The notes under the pieces: generated by a model
Databases searched by the model: none
Told to the model about the DNA's origin: nothing
The model's input: the letters and a program-made list of their open reading frames with translations, nothing else
Shown here: positions 1-10,077 of the stretch, in pieces
Position numbering within the stretch: the first letter of the stretch is position 1
Layout of the letters: each line of letters opens with the position of its first letter
Assembly (NCBI GenBank): GCA_030611045.1
Contig: JAUWQN010000001.1
Span: 1,484 to 65,483, forward strand
Source of the DNA: Methanosarcinales archaeon
GTDB taxonomy: Archaea > Halobacteriota > Syntropharchaeia > Alkanophagales > Methanospirareceae
Length of the DNA: 64,000 bases
Direction: 5' to 3'
Position numbers and translations under genes: made by a program

Positions 1-47
1 ACATATCTTAAGAATTACTAATTAAGTATTCAATCCGGTGATAAAAA

Positions 48-1085
48 GTGGTCAAACCGCGAGCTGCGTTAGATGGGCTAAGAGTCTGTGAGCACGGAGG
101 AAAAATAGAAGGAAACAAGAAAAGCAGGATAATAGACTTCAGCGTGAATCTAAACCCTTACGGGCCACCGGATTTCGTTTCCAACGCGATACAAGAAGCA
201 ATAGAAGAGATACATCTTTATCCAGATGCCGAATGCCGCGCGCTACGAGAGAAGATAGCCGAAAAATTCGGCTGCGAGCAGCCCGAAGTATTGGTTGGCG
301 CCGGTGTTTCTGAACTCATACAGCTTGTAGCGCTTGCTTTTGTAAAGAATCGAGTGCTCATACCGCAGCACACGTATGGCGAATACGAGACTGCGACAAA
401 GCTGCTGGGTGCGCAGATCAAACGTGTAAAAATGCCCTCACTGCGAATCAATCCAGAGTTAATAGTGCAAGAGATGAAAACCGATGATGTCGTCTTCCTT
501 TGCAATCCGAACAATCCAACAGGGCAGTATCTCGATAAAAATGAAGTAACGCTGATATTAGAAGCAGCGGAGCGGGTTGATGCGTTAGTTGTGCTCGATG
601 AAGCATACGCGGATTTTGTAACGGATGCGTTCCCCGCGCATAAATTTTCTACGCACAATATGATTATTTTACGGTCTCTAACGAAATCGTTTGCTATACC
701 TGGTATAAGAATAGGATATGCGATTTCATCAGAGGCTATTATAACGGAGCTGGAGAAAATAAAAGTGCCGTGGAGCGTGAGCGTGTGTGCACAGAAGGTA
801 GGTGCAGCGGTGATCGGTACAAACGGTGATAATTTTTTGGCTGAGACAAGAGAGAGAATAGAACGGAGTAAGAGAAAGATAGAAAGAGCAATGGGCGTAC
901 AAACAGACGCGAATTTTTATATCCTTGACGTGGGTAATGCAGGAGAAATGAAAAAGAAGCTCTTGAAGCATGACATCCAGGTGAGGGATTGCACTTCCTT
1001 TGGCCTGCCTACCCATATCCGGTTCTCCGTGAGGACGGATGAGGAGAATGAGGTGCTGATGCACTTTCTACAAATGACGGAATGA
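48..1085 (+). CDS. PLP-dependent class I/II aminotransferase, CobD/HisC family (probable L-threonine-O-3-phosphate decarboxylase for cobamide aminopropanol arm)
   Basis: 345 aa. Shows 'DFSVNLNPYGPP' substrate motif and PLP-lysine motif 'SLTKSFAIPGIRIGY', typical of CobD/HisC. CobT and other cobamide genes are nearby in the window. Confidence 0.6.
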   Translation: MVKPRAALDGLRVCEHGGKIEGNKKSRIIDFSVNLNPYGPPDFVSNAIQEAIEEIHLYPDAECRALREKIAEKFGCEQPEVLVGAGVSELIQLVALAFVKNRVLIPQHTYGEYETATKLLGAQIKRVKMPSLRINPELIVQEMKTDDVVFLCNPNNPTGQYLDKNEVTLILEAAERVDALVVLDEAYADFVTDAFPAHKFSTHNMIILRSLTKSFAIPGIRIGYAISSEAIITELEKIKVPWSVSVCAQKVGAAVIGTNGDNFLAETRERIERSKRKIERAMGVQTDANFYILDVGNAGEMKKKLLKHDIQVRDCTSFGLPTHIRFSVRTDEENEVLMHFLQMTE

Positions 1086-1089
1086 TACC

Positions 1090-1866
1090 ATGTCAAAAGT
1101 CGTCATCGTGAGGGGGAAAAATCGCGAAAATATGGTTGAAAGAGCTCTTACTGCATTAGGAATCAATCCGTACAGAGATAAAGTGGTGATAAAACCGAAT
1201 TTGATTATCAATCGCCCGTATCCTGTAACAACGTCACCAAAAACGGTCGAATGCCTCATAAATTATTTCACGGGAAAGGCAAACGAGATACTTATTGCGG
1301 AAGGCTCGGGAATGTGCAGGGGAGGAACGAATAAAGCATTTCTTGATTTAGGATATGTTGAACTTGCCGAAAGAAGAGGGACACCATTAGTGGACCTCAA
1401 TGAAGATGATTATGAGCTCATGAAAGACCCTGAAGCGTTGAGATTGAAAGAATTTAAGTTCCCTCTTACGTTGAAAAACGCTTTCCTGATTTCAGCAGCG
1501 GTTCTGAAACGGCATTCGATGACCGAGGTCACATTATCACTTAAAAACATGATGGGTGCAACCATAGGTAGAAAAGCCAGATTCCATCTCCTTGGCTTAA
1601 CCAAGAACATTGTTGACATCAATCTTTACACAAAGCCAGATTTGGCTTTAATCGATGGAATAGAAAGCAGTGATAAGGAATTAGGCAGGGAAGTGACAAG
1701 ATACGATTTGATGATATGTTCCAAAGATCCCGTTGCTGCAGATGCCGTTGGTGCCAATATCCTGGGATTGAATCCACTCTCAGTACCTCATATAAAGTTG
1801 GCTCAGGATAAGGGGCTGGGAATAGCAAGAATAGAAGAGATGGAAATAGAGGAGATGAGTGAATAG
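1090..1866 (+). CDS. DUF362-family protein (function unknown)
   Basis: 258 aa. N-terminal 'KVVIVRGKN...VVIKPNLI...TTSP' pattern and 'LSLKNMMG' segment are typical of DUF362. Start lies 5 nt after the upstream stop, suggesting an operon with the CobD-like gene. Confidence 0.45.
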   Translation: MSKVVIVRGKNRENMVERALTALGINPYRDKVVIKPNLIINRPYPVTTSPKTVECLINYFTGKANEILIAEGSGMCRGGTNKAFLDLGYVELAERRGTPLVDLNEDDYELMKDPEALRLKEFKFPLTLKNAFLISAAVLKRHSMTEVTLSLKNMMGATIGRKARFHLLGLTKNIVDINLYTKPDLALIDGIESSDKELGREVTRYDLMICSKDPVAADAVGANILGLNPLSVPHIKLAQDKGLGIARIEEMEIEEMSE

Positions 1867-1948
1867 GAGCTGTTTTACACCGAGGGATTAAACGAGCTTC
1901 CGCCTAATTTTATATAATATTTAAGTTGGACGAGCATAACTGATTACT

Positions 1949-2404
1949 ATGAGAAGTAGCGTTGAGAGTGGCAATATCGAAGAGTGGGGAGAGACGAAAA
2001 AAGCGAGGTTTGAAAAAGAGCGGGAAACGCTTAACAGTAGAATGGACGCGCTTAACAAGCAGATTGAAGAGTTTGAAGAAAAGAAAAAACAGATGAAGAC
2101 ATCGCTGGAAGAGGAAAAAGATCCTGAATTAAATCCTGAATTCCCACGAATGGTGGAAAAAGGGATAATACGGATTACCAATAAGCAGGAAGAGCTTAGT
2201 AAGAGGCGTGAAGCGCTTACCAAACGGATGAAAGAGCTTGATAACGAGGAACAGCAGTTGAACGCACTGTTAGGACATGAAAAATACCACTACTGGCTTG
2301 AACTGAAGAAAAAGAGAGATGAGGCTGCTGAGGAAATGGCAAGACTCGAGGCTGAGATGACGCAGCTCATAGAACGTATTATAAGTGATACGAAACTGAA
2401 ATAG
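1949..2404 (+). CDS. hypothetical coiled-coil protein (E/K-rich)
   Basis: 151 aa. Heptad-like E/K/R/L-rich sequence; no recognisable catalytic motif. Confidence 0.35.
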   Translation: MRSSVESGNIEEWGETKKARFEKERETLNSRMDALNKQIEEFEEKKKQMKTSLEEEKDPELNPEFPRMVEKGIIRITNKQEELSKRREALTKRMKELDNEEQQLNALLGHEKYHYWLELKKKRDEAAEEMARLEAEMTQLIERIISDTKLK

Positions 2405-2457
2405 GATAGTAATCACAGGTAAGTTACGTACGTGAGAGGAGGGAAAAGATAAGATAA

Positions 2458-3069
2458 ATGCCTGAAAGATGGTTTGTTTACGATATATATCCCGCGGGAA
2501 GAGGAGTTCCGAGTACGCATGATGAATTGAATAAGGTGCGAGTGAACGTAGAGGCTAAACTTAAGGAACTCACTCAGCCGTACCACTGGTTCACGCTACT
2601 CATGAAGTCGAAGCGCGTAATGTTTGGTGCCAAAGTGGAAGATGGAAAACGTATCAAAGACCTTATAGAAACCGAACTGAAAAAGGAGTATCCTGATTTG
2701 GTTATTGGTTTCGGTGATGAGGATCCTGATAATTGTGAACTTATAGCAATTGCGTCGCAATGTAGAACAAAATTAGAAGAGACGATTCCAATTTCAAAGT
2801 GGAACACAGGACAGATTGGTTTTATCGTCCATTGTATGTTAAATCCGTATGGATTTGATAAAGAAGCATGGACCTATTGGACTTCTCTTTGCTGTATTGA
2901 TGAAGATGTTGAGATTACCGATCGTGATATAAAAGATGTTATTACGCTTGTCCGATTCTTTTTAGAGCACAAGAAGGGAATGGAGCTGGAAGACGATTAT
3001 GAAAAGTTAGAGGCACTCATGAAAGAATTAGACGCTTTTACGAACTATTTGAGGAGGAAATCGGCTTAA
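2458..3069 (+). CDS. hypothetical protein
   Basis: 203 aa ORF on the same strand, directly after the coiled-coil ORF; no recognisable motifs. Confidence 0.35.
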   Translation: MPERWFVYDIYPAGRGVPSTHDELNKVRVNVEAKLKELTQPYHWFTLLMKSKRVMFGAKVEDGKRIKDLIETELKKEYPDLVIGFGDEDPDNCELIAIASQCRTKLEETIPISKWNTGQIGFIVHCMLNPYGFDKEAWTYWTSLCCIDEDVEITDRDIKDVITLVRFFLEHKKGMELEDDYEKLEALMKELDAFTNYLRRKSA

Positions 3070-3247
3070 ACTACTGTTCGTTCTCTGTTTTAGGCGTCTT
3101 GTCATTCCTTTTAGGTAGTTGTATAGTTAGTATGCATGCTCCTATCCATACATCGCGATACAGCAGGATTCCGAACGTTAGTTGGATTGTAGATAAGATA
3201 AAATATAAACTGATCTTTTTAGAACAGAGGAAGGTGAGAGAACGAAC

Positions 3248-3898
3248 GTGCCTATGGATATCGAAAAAATCGTGCTGATTCTTACGGAACGGTACCACAA
3301 CAACACATCAGCATTGATGGACGTTTCAAACAACGCAAAAGACCCTTTTCTCGTTCTAATCTCATGTATTTTGAGTCTGAGGACCAAGGATGCAGTGACT
3401 GCCGAAGCTACAAAACGGTTGTTCGCACGTGCAAAAACACCTGCGGAGATGCTAAAACTAACGAAGGAGGAGATAGAAGTTTTAATTTATCCAGTTGGCT
3501 TTTACCATAGGAAGACTGAGCAAATCCTCGAGATTTGCCGCGTCCTGATCGAGCGGTACGATTCACGCATCCCAGACGAGCTCGAAGAGCTCTTGAAATT
3601 TAAAGGTGTTGGTCGAAAGACCGCGAATATCGTTGTCACGATGGGCTACAATAAATTGGGTGTCGCCGTTGATACGCACGTCCACCGAATATCCAATCGC
3701 CTGGGACTCGTAGCGACCAAAACGCCTCACCAAACGGAATTCGCGTTACGTGACCTGCTTCCTGAAAAATACTGGATAATCTTTAATGACCTGCTCGTTA
3801 TGCACGGTCAGAACATCTGCACACCGATCAGCCCTAAATGCAGTATTTGTCCGATTGCTGAGTATTGTAAAAGGGTGGGCGTGGCAAGGTTTCGATGA
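3248..3898 (+). CDS. nth: endonuclease III (HhH-GPD DNA glycosylase/AP lyase with [4Fe-4S])
   Basis: 216 aa. HhH 'LKFKGVGRKTANIV', catalytic Lys/Asp region, and C-terminal C-X6-C-X2-C-X5-C cluster 'CTPISPKCSICPIAEYC'. Confidence 0.85.
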   Translation: MPMDIEKIVLILTERYHNNTSALMDVSNNAKDPFLVLISCILSLRTKDAVTAEATKRLFARAKTPAEMLKLTKEEIEVLIYPVGFYHRKTEQILEICRVLIERYDSRIPDELEELLKFKGVGRKTANIVVTMGYNKLGVAVDTHVHRISNRLGLVATKTPHQTEFALRDLLPEKYWIIFNDLLVMHGQNICTPISPKCSICPIAEYCKRVGVARFR

Positions 3899-4210
3899 AG
3901 CCGTTTCTTCTCGTCTGTTTATGGTGATTCTTCTGATTGCAGGGTTGTAAAGTTATTGGGTGTTATAGCACATTCACTTTGAAAATTATTCGGCATTTAC
4001 GAAAAATACGGTTTAAAATTAAGGATATTAGTATCAGCACCCAACAAGTTGACACTTCCGATTTTTTGATTGCAACAATTTTCCGGTTGAGAGACGCTAA
4101 GCAATATTCGCTCCTCTTCGTTTCATTCTTGTATGCTCTAAAACCGCCTAAAATTCATCTGCTAACTTTTGGGAACTATCACAGCTAACAAGGTAATATC
4201 CTTACTCAAA

Positions 4211-4414
4211 TCAAGGGATAATCCTTGCCCCTCTTCTCTTTAATCTCTCCAGTATTTCCTCATAGGTGGCTTTGTCTCTGTATTCCCTCAGCTCTTTTAC
4301 AGAATCACCAACTTTAGGTGTTATTACTGCCAGGAATCTGGCATATTCCTCAAGGGTGAGTTCCCTTTCTGCGATGTTTAAAACCTTTCTTACTATCTCA
4401 GCTTCCGTAGCCAT
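4211..4414 (-). CDS. small hypothetical protein (67 aa)
   Basis: Short helical ORF with no recognised motif. It overlaps, in another frame, the 3' end of a degenerate beta-helix gene remnant. Confidence 0.3.
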   Translation of the reverse strand: MATEAEIVRKVLNIAERELTLEEYARFLAVITPKVGDSVKELREYRDKATYEEILERLKRRGARIIP

Positions 4415-4607
4415 TTTCTGCCTCCTTTAAATTTAAATCTACCGGATTATTCATATTTATGTTTTCAGTGTAAGTTCCGTCAATAATCGTATCACCCTCC
4501 GTAGCATTATCCACCGCCCACTGAATCTTTGCGTAATTGTCTGGTACGTAAATTGTATTTGAAGCTAACGGAAGAGGCGTATTACTGGCGGTTATGTTCT
4601 CTGAAGT
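4401..4607 (-). pseudogene. remnant of a secreted right-handed beta-helix / surface protein gene (N-terminal region only)
   Basis: Minus-strand frame open for 69 codons between the GNAT stop and 4398. Encodes '...NTIYVPDNYAKIQWAVDNATEGDTIIDGTYTENIN...', the canonical 'IYV(D/P)D-Y-TIQ-AVD-A-GDTI-V-GTY-EN' opening of beta-helix cell-surface proteins. No start codon or signal peptide precedes it, and it is truncated after about 70 aa. Confidence 0.45.
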
Positions 4608-4612
4608 CTATA

Positions 4613-5029
4613 TCAAGAACCACCCAAAACCCTTCTGAGGAGTACTGGCCATAATCCCTTCCAGAACAGCATCTTCAGCTCATATATCCCTTCAGCACTG
4701 CTCTTCTCAACGTTAAAGCCCGCTTTTTCAAATACACGGAGCATAGGCTTGTTATCCATCAGCACTTCCGCAGTAAAACCAAGAAGACTCTGTTTCTTCG
4801 CCAGGTACGTGAGATAAGAAAGCAATTCCGTGCCCATCCCCTTGCCCTGACAAACATCCCGTACGGCGAACGCGACATCCGCAGTATGCGTAACCTCGTC
4901 TACATAATATTGCCCTATCCCTATAATCTTCTCTTTCTCCTCCTCTCCTTCCTCCTTTACCACCGCAAGAATCACCATCTGTTTTGTATAATCAATGATG
5001 ACAAATTCCTGCAAGCGATCATGCGGCAT
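4613..5029 (-). CDS. GNAT-family N-acetyltransferase
   Basis: 138 aa. Acetyl-CoA binding motif 'QGKGMGTELL', GNAT fold. Sits immediately downstream of acs on the same strand. Confidence 0.7.
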   Translation of the reverse strand: MPHDRLQEFVIIDYTKQMVILAVVKEEGEEEKEKIIGIGQYYVDEVTHTADVAFAVRDVCQGKGMGTELLSYLTYLAKKQSLLGFTAEVLMDNKPMLRVFEKAGFNVEKSSAEGIYELKMLFWKGLWPVLLRRVLGGS

Positions 5030-5139
5030 ATCCTTTCTCGATGAAATAAACCGGTGATAAAGCGTATCGTCAGAGAGTGAATAGAAAAAAACATTAGCAA
5101 GAAGACGAAAGAGAAAAAATAAAAAAAGAAAAGAAGGGC

Positions 5140-7095
5140 TTAGATCGCCCTGTCTAACGCCTCGACTGCTTCGGGGTTTGCAAGCGTTGAGATGTCTCCA
5201 ACTGGCTCACCACGCGCCTTAGCCTTTATAACTCGCCTCATGATCTTACCGCTTCTTGTCTTCGGCAGATCCTCCACGAAGTACAACTCATCCGGTACCG
5301 CTATCGGACCGATCTCCTTCCTCACCCATGTCCTCAACTCATCTTTTAACTCTGCAGAGGGAGTCTGCCCTTCCTTGAGGATGACGTATACCCTGACCGA
5401 CTCGCCCTTCAATTCATGGGGTATTCCAACAGCCGCTGCCTCGGCAACTGCAGGGTGACTTACCAGAGCGGACTCGATCTCCGCTGTCCCTATCCTGTGC
5501 CCTGAAACATTAACCACATCATCGTACCTACCTTGAATCCAGAAGTAACCATCTGCATCCTTCCTTGCAACGTCACCTGCCAGGTACACGCCAGGGAACC
5601 TGCTCCAGTATACTTCTTTGTACCGCTCCGGGTCACCGTAGAGTGTTCTGAGCATAGCAGGCCACGGTTTCTTGATTACTAGATACCCTCCTTTGCTGGT
5701 GACAGATTCGCCATCCTCGTTGTAGATGTCTGCATCAACCCCCGGCAACGGCCGCGTTGCCGACCCAGGCTTCAGTGGCGTGATCGGCAGGGGAGAGATC
5801 ATAAAGCTTCCGGTCTCTGTCTGCCACCATGTGTCCATTATCGGGCATCTCTCAGTTCCAATAAGCTTGTAGTACCATATCCATGCCTCAGGGTTTATCG
5901 GTTCACCAACGCTTCCGAGTATTCTGAGACTGCTAAGGTCATTTTTCTTCGGCCACTCGTCTCCAAGGCGCATATGAGCCCTGATTGCTGTTGGCGCGGT
6001 ATAGAGTACCGTTATGCCATGTCTTTCTATCATCTCCCACCATCTGTCACCGTGGGGATATGCAGGTGCGCCCTCATACATGAACGATGTCGCACCAAGC
6101 ATCAGCGGAGCATAGACGATGTATGAATGTCCGGTAACCCAACCTATGTCAGCCGCACACCACCAGATGTCCTCATCCTTCAGATCGAAGACGTACTTGA
6201 GAGTTCCATAGGTTCCAACTGCATAGCCTCCATGCACGTGTACGATTCCCTTAGGCTTCCCGGTAGTACCGGAGGTGTAGAGTATATACAACAGATCCTC
6301 TGAATCCATCTCCTCCGTTTCTGCACGAGTGGATTCGCCCGCTATAAGTTCGTCCCAGAAGAGATCCCGGTCATCAGACATTGAAACCTCTCTTTTCATA
6401 CGTCTGACCACAACCACGTTCTTTATTGATGCTGCATCCAGTAATGCTTCATCCGCGCTCGCCTTTGCATTGATGACGCTCCCCTTCCTGTAGAACCCAT
6501 CTACGGTTATAAGCACCTTTGCTTTGCAATCGTTTATTCTATCTCGCAACGCCTTCGCGCTGAATCCAGAGAAAACGACCGAGTGAACGGCCCCGACCTT
6601 CGCGCAGGCAAGCATCGCCATCGGTAACTCCAGGATCATTGGCAGGTAAATCGCTACTCTGTCGCCTTTCGCTACGCCAAGGCTCTTCAATGCATTTGCG
6701 AATCGGTTCACCTCATTGTAGAGATCCCGGTACGTTATTTTTCTGACTTCTCCATCTTCACCTTCCCAGATAAACGCCACTTTGTTCTTATGTCCGGTAT
6801 CCATGTGTCTGTCAAGGGCGTTATGGGCTATGTTCATCTTACCGTCCGTGAACCACTTGTAGAACGGTGCATCACTATCGTCGAGCACTTTACTCCATGG
6901 CTTGAACCAATCGAGTTCCTTCGCAACTTCGCTCCAATACCACTCTATGTTCTGGGCTTTGGAGAGCAATTCATCGTAGTTTTTGATTTTATGCTCATCC
7001 ATCCATTTCTTAATGTTGCTCTGCTGGACCAACTCCTTAGGGGGCTCAAAAACCCGCTCTTCCTTTAACAACACATCCAATTCTTTCTTTGCCAT
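5140..7095 (-). CDS. acs: acetyl-CoA synthetase (AMP-forming)
   Basis: 651 aa. AMP-binding signature '[11 protein letters not shown]', 'WWQTETG', C-terminal 'SGKIMRR' lysine motif. Full length for Acs. Confidence 0.95.
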   Translation of the reverse strand: MAKKELDVLLKEERVFEPPKELVQQSNIKKWMDEHKIKNYDELLSKAQNIEWYWSEVAKELDWFKPWSKVLDDSDAPFYKWFTDGKMNIAHNALDRHMDTGHKNKVAFIWEGEDGEVRKITYRDLYNEVNRFANALKSLGVAKGDRVAIYLPMILELPMAMLACAKVGAVHSVVFSGFSAKALRDRINDCKAKVLITVDGFYRKGSVINAKASADEALLDAASIKNVVVVRRMKREVSMSDDRDLFWDELIAGESTRAETEEMDSEDLLYILYTSGTTGKPKGIVHVHGGYAVGTYGTLKYVFDLKDEDIWWCAADIGWVTGHSYIVYAPLMLGATSFMYEGAPAYPHGDRWWEMIERHGITVLYTAPTAIRAHMRLGDEWPKKNDLSSLRILGSVGEPINPEAWIWYYKLIGTERCPIMDTWWQTETGSFMISPLPITPLKPGSATRPLPGVDADIYNEDGESVTSKGGYLVIKKPWPAMLRTLYGDPERYKEVYWSRFPGVYLAGDVARKDADGYFWIQGRYDDVVNVSGHRIGTAEIESALVSHPAVAEAAAVGIPHELKGESVRVYVILKEGQTPSAELKDELRTWVRKEIGPIAVPDELYFVEDLPKTRSGKIMRRVIKAKARGEPVGDISTLANPEAVEALDRAI

Positions 7096-7429
7096 TTTTT
7101 AACGCTCTCTCCTATAGCTATTCCACTTCCAAGTATTGGTGGTTTTGTAAATAGCACCATCATCGCAGCTATACCGGCCGAGATTGCCTATATCTGATTT
7201 CAATGTACCACCGTTCATGAAATTGTTTCCATCATTATATAAAACATCAGACTTCTTACCTACCTGAAAAACGGCTAAAGCAGAATACTAACAAGCTTCT
7301 TAAAGAAGTGCTGTGCAATGTGGATGTGAAACACGCACAACATTTTTTTTCTTTTTTATAATTTCACGTTAGTTCGTTCATACCGTCTTTTTGTTAAAGT
7401 ATGACCCCGATTGATTACTTCAGCGTCAA

Positions 7430-7981
7430 TTAACCAAGCGTCTTCACCACATCTTCCAGCTCTTCAAGCCGGCTCAAGACAGTGATACCTTGCATTCTTC
7501 GCAACTTCTCTACGTTCTCCACGTCCACTTTCCGTATGCGTATTTTCAAGTCACTGCCGTTGGGCAGCTTTGTTATTATTTCGCCCTCTTTCTGGTCTAC
7601 GGGAAAGATATACACCGGCACATCCACCTTCATAGCTTGTGCTGCAGAATTGGTGATAAGCGAATCAGCGATGCCATATGCCATCTTTGCCACGGTGTTT
7701 GCCGTAGCGGGCGTGATTAAAAACAACGAGTACGTACCTAACTGGAGTTTTGCTGTAAGAAAAGGTGCATTTGGCCCTTTTTCTACGCTCACCCTTGGAA
7801 AATTCCCCTTTACTTCTTTCAAAAGCTTGTAGTACTTTAAAACAACCTCGCCCTCTTTGGAGAGATAAACATGAACCTCCAGGTTGTACTTCTTTGCGAG
7901 CTCCTCCATTAGCACAACAGACTCGCGCATATGATCCCCGGAGCCTGTAATACCCCATGCTATCCTTTTATTCGTGCTCAT
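7430..7981 (-). CDS. archaeoflavoprotein AfpA-like (HFCD / PPC-decarboxylase-fold flavoprotein)
   Basis: 183 aa. 'IAWGITGSGD' flavin-binding N-terminus typical of HFCD-family flavoproteins such as AfpA. Overlaps the upstream gene by 4 nt (ATGA). Confidence 0.55.
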   Translation of the reverse strand: MSTNKRIAWGITGSGDHMRESVVLMEELAKKYNLEVHVYLSKEGEVVLKYYKLLKEVKGNFPRVSVEKGPNAPFLTAKLQLGTYSLFLITPATANTVAKMAYGIADSLITNSAAQAMKVDVPVYIFPVDQKEGEIITKLPNGSDLKIRIRKVDVENVEKLRRMQGITVLSRLEELEDVVKTLG

Positions 7982-8607
7982 ATACCCTTTTCACCTCCCT
8001 GCATCATAAAACAGACCCCCATAAGCCGGTCTACCGTCTTATAAAGGCCATTCAAACCTTCTTTATCCACTTCAACGCCTGCGGCACCTTTATCCTTCGA
8101 CCAGAAGGTGGCACCGAGGTTTGCACCGAACGCACCGCCCCCTACGTGGATTATCTCATTTATCACATAGAAATCTGTTATAGCCCTGATTGCAAGCTCC
8201 TGCCCACCTATACGGTCTCCACCATCCGCAACGGCAGCTCCTACTTTTCCCGTGAGTGCATGAGGCGTGCTCGCCGCAAATGCTCTCATACGGTCAAGAA
8301 CCACTTTTGTCTGACCACTGAGCGTTCCTTGATAAACTGGCGTTCCAATCAAGATCGCATCTGCCCATTCGAACCCCGAATACACCTCTTGCATCGCATC
8401 ATCGTGAACACAACTTCCTTCTTTGATGCATTGGTCGCAGTGTATGCAAAAGCTGAGTTTCTTACCGCGAACAGAGAAGTACCGTGTTTCCGCGTTCCAA
8501 CGCTCTTCTGCGTACCGTAATGCTTCTTTAATTATCCAATCGGTTGCGGCTCTTCTTGGACTCCCGGAGATACAAAAAAGTTTGACCATCTTTCTGCTTG
8601 CTTTCAA
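7978..8607 (-). CDS. iron-sulfur flavoprotein (Isf/DmrX-like, NADPH-dependent FMN reductase family)
   Basis: 209 aa. Flavodoxin-like 'FCISGSPRR' N-terminus plus compact Cys motif 'CIHCDQCIKEGSC' characteristic of Isf-type [4Fe-4S] flavoproteins. Translationally coupled on both sides. Confidence 0.6.
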   Translation of the reverse strand: MKASRKMVKLFCISGSPRRAATDWIIKEALRYAEERWNAETRYFSVRGKKLSFCIHCDQCIKEGSCVHDDAMQEVYSGFEWADAILIGTPVYQGTLSGQTKVVLDRMRAFAASTPHALTGKVGAAVADGGDRIGGQELAIRAITDFYVINEIIHVGGGAFGANLGATFWSKDKGAAGVEVDKEGLNGLYKTVDRLMGVCFMMQGGEKGI

Positions 8608-8837
8608 CCGCCATCCAACCTGAATCCCTCTTTCATACTAAACCATCCAGCAGGGTCCTCAAGATACTCGCGATAATCCCAAAAGCTGAGATGATGTCCT
8701 CGCTCCTCATGCGCAAGTGCGAAAAAAAATCTGCCCTCAAAAGGGTCGGTAGCTTTCTCCGCCAGCTCATTGTAAAACTTCTTGCCATCTTCTTCGAGTT
8801 TTATGGCGATTTCAAGCGCCTTCAGTCTCTCTTCCAT
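8604..8837 (-). CDS. small ferritin-like / rubrerythrin-like half-domain protein
   Basis: 77 aa with a single E...EERGHH (E-X(n)-E-X2-H) di-iron half-site, 'EEDGKKFYNELAEKA...ALAHEERGHH'. Overlaps the Isf start by 4 nt. Confidence 0.4.
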   Translation of the reverse strand: MEERLKALEIAIKLEEDGKKFYNELAEKATDPFEGRFFFALAHEERGHHLSFWDYREYLEDPAGWFSMKEGFRLDGG

Positions 8838-8856
8838 TATTTCTACACACCTCGCT

Positions 8857-10077
8857 TCACATTACCTTCTCCAAACTCATATCAAACATCTTCTTGGTCT
8901 CTTTTGCAAGCGCATCAGGCAGTCCCGTGATGTCCACATTCAAAAATCCGCGAATGATAACAGAAGTGGCCTCATCCTCGCTCAGGCCCCGTGCCATCAG
9001 GTATTGGATCTCCTCTTCTGCTATCTTTCCAACCGCAGCCTCGTGCGAAAGCTCGAGGTCTCTACGTGTAGCTTTGAGTTCTGGAATCGAATCTATCGTT
9101 GCAGTATCAGAAAGCATTAATCCCCTGCATTCAATATGCCCCTTTGCATCTGCCGCTTCTCCAAAAACATCACCACGGGCGATTACTTTTGCATTATCAG
9201 TAGCAATCACCCTTGATATGATCTCCGCCCTGCTTCCTTCGCCCTGAAGCACAGCTCTCGAACCCATATCGATTTTCGCATCATTCGTAGCATAGACAAT
9301 TGACTGAGAGGTTGCCCTTGCATTTCTTCCCACGCAATAAGTAGTAGGGAACATCTGAAGCGATTTCACTGGCGTCATTAAGATGTAATTGCTGATATAG
9401 ACGCCATCGTCCTCGATCACCACTGCACTTCTCGGTCTGACCTCAATACCACCGCCCCAGTTGTGTACCATAGTAAAGGTGATCTTCGCACCTTTCTTCA
9501 CGTAGAACTCTGAGACCCCAAGATGAAGTGCCGAATCGACCGTGTGCGAGACGGAACAGCCGGTGATGAGATGGAGTTCCGAGTTCTCTTCCGCAATGAC
9601 GATATTGTGCACATTCTGCCTGATTTTGTCTGACGTGATGAATAGACAGGACTGCACCGGCATTGTTACCTTTGAACCCGCTTCAGACCGGATAAAATAC
9701 CCATGCGTCTGGTCTAACTCTACTTCCGCGGTGTATTTATCCATATCCACGGGAATCGCCTTCCACAAATACTCTTTTAGCCAATCATACTTTTTTATCG
9801 CATCCGTAGTGCTCATAAGTTCCAAACCAGGGTATTTAGCTCTTGAAAAGATCACAGAACGATCTCGCTGTAAAAAAGAGCCGGATCTATCCTTTTCGGA
9901 TGGGTCAATACCTGCGTCGAGCAGATTTTGCTTATATTCTTCTGATATTTCGCCCAGCGAGGTAAGGGCTTCGTGTTCGTTCGTCTCAGTAGTATAATAT
10001 TCAATGTCCACGTCTTCGCCTAACAATGCTTTTTTGACCTTCGCGCGCTGCGCACGCTCAATTATCTCCTCATTCAT
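8857..10077 (-). CDS. sufB: Fe-S cluster assembly protein SufB/SufD family
   Basis: 406 aa. SufBD beta-helix core, overlaps sufC by 4 nt, archaeal sufCB arrangement. Confidence 0.8.
   Translation of the reverse strand: MNEEIIERAQRAKVKKALLGEDVDIEYYTTETNEHEALTSLGEISEEYKQNLLDAGIDPSEKDRSGSFLQRDRSVIFSRAKYPGLELMSTTDAIKKYDWLKEYLWKAIPVDMDKYTAEVELDQTHGYFIRSEAGSKVTMPVQSCLFITSDKIRQNVHNIVIAEENSELHLITGCSVSHTVDSALHLGVSEFYVKKGAKITFTMVHNWGGGIEVRPRSAVVIEDDGVYISNYILMTPVKSLQMFPTTYCVGRNARATSQSIVYATNDAKIDMGSRAVLQGEGSRAEIISRVIATDNAKVIARGDVFGEAADAKGHIECRGLMLSDTATIDSIPELKATRRDLELSHEAAVGKIAEEEIQYLMARGLSEDEATSVIIRGFLNVDITGLPDALAKETKKMFDMSLEKVM

Noticed and set aside
3937-4188. 83-aa plus-strand ORF in the nth downstream spacer
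   Set aside because: No motif and no RBS or TATA context. Low-complexity translation in AT-rich DNA.
7099-7218. 39-codon uORF ending 3 nt upstream of acs as a real leader peptide
   Set aside because: No conserved or regulatory-looking residues and below the ORF size threshold. Kept only as a low-interest note in findings.
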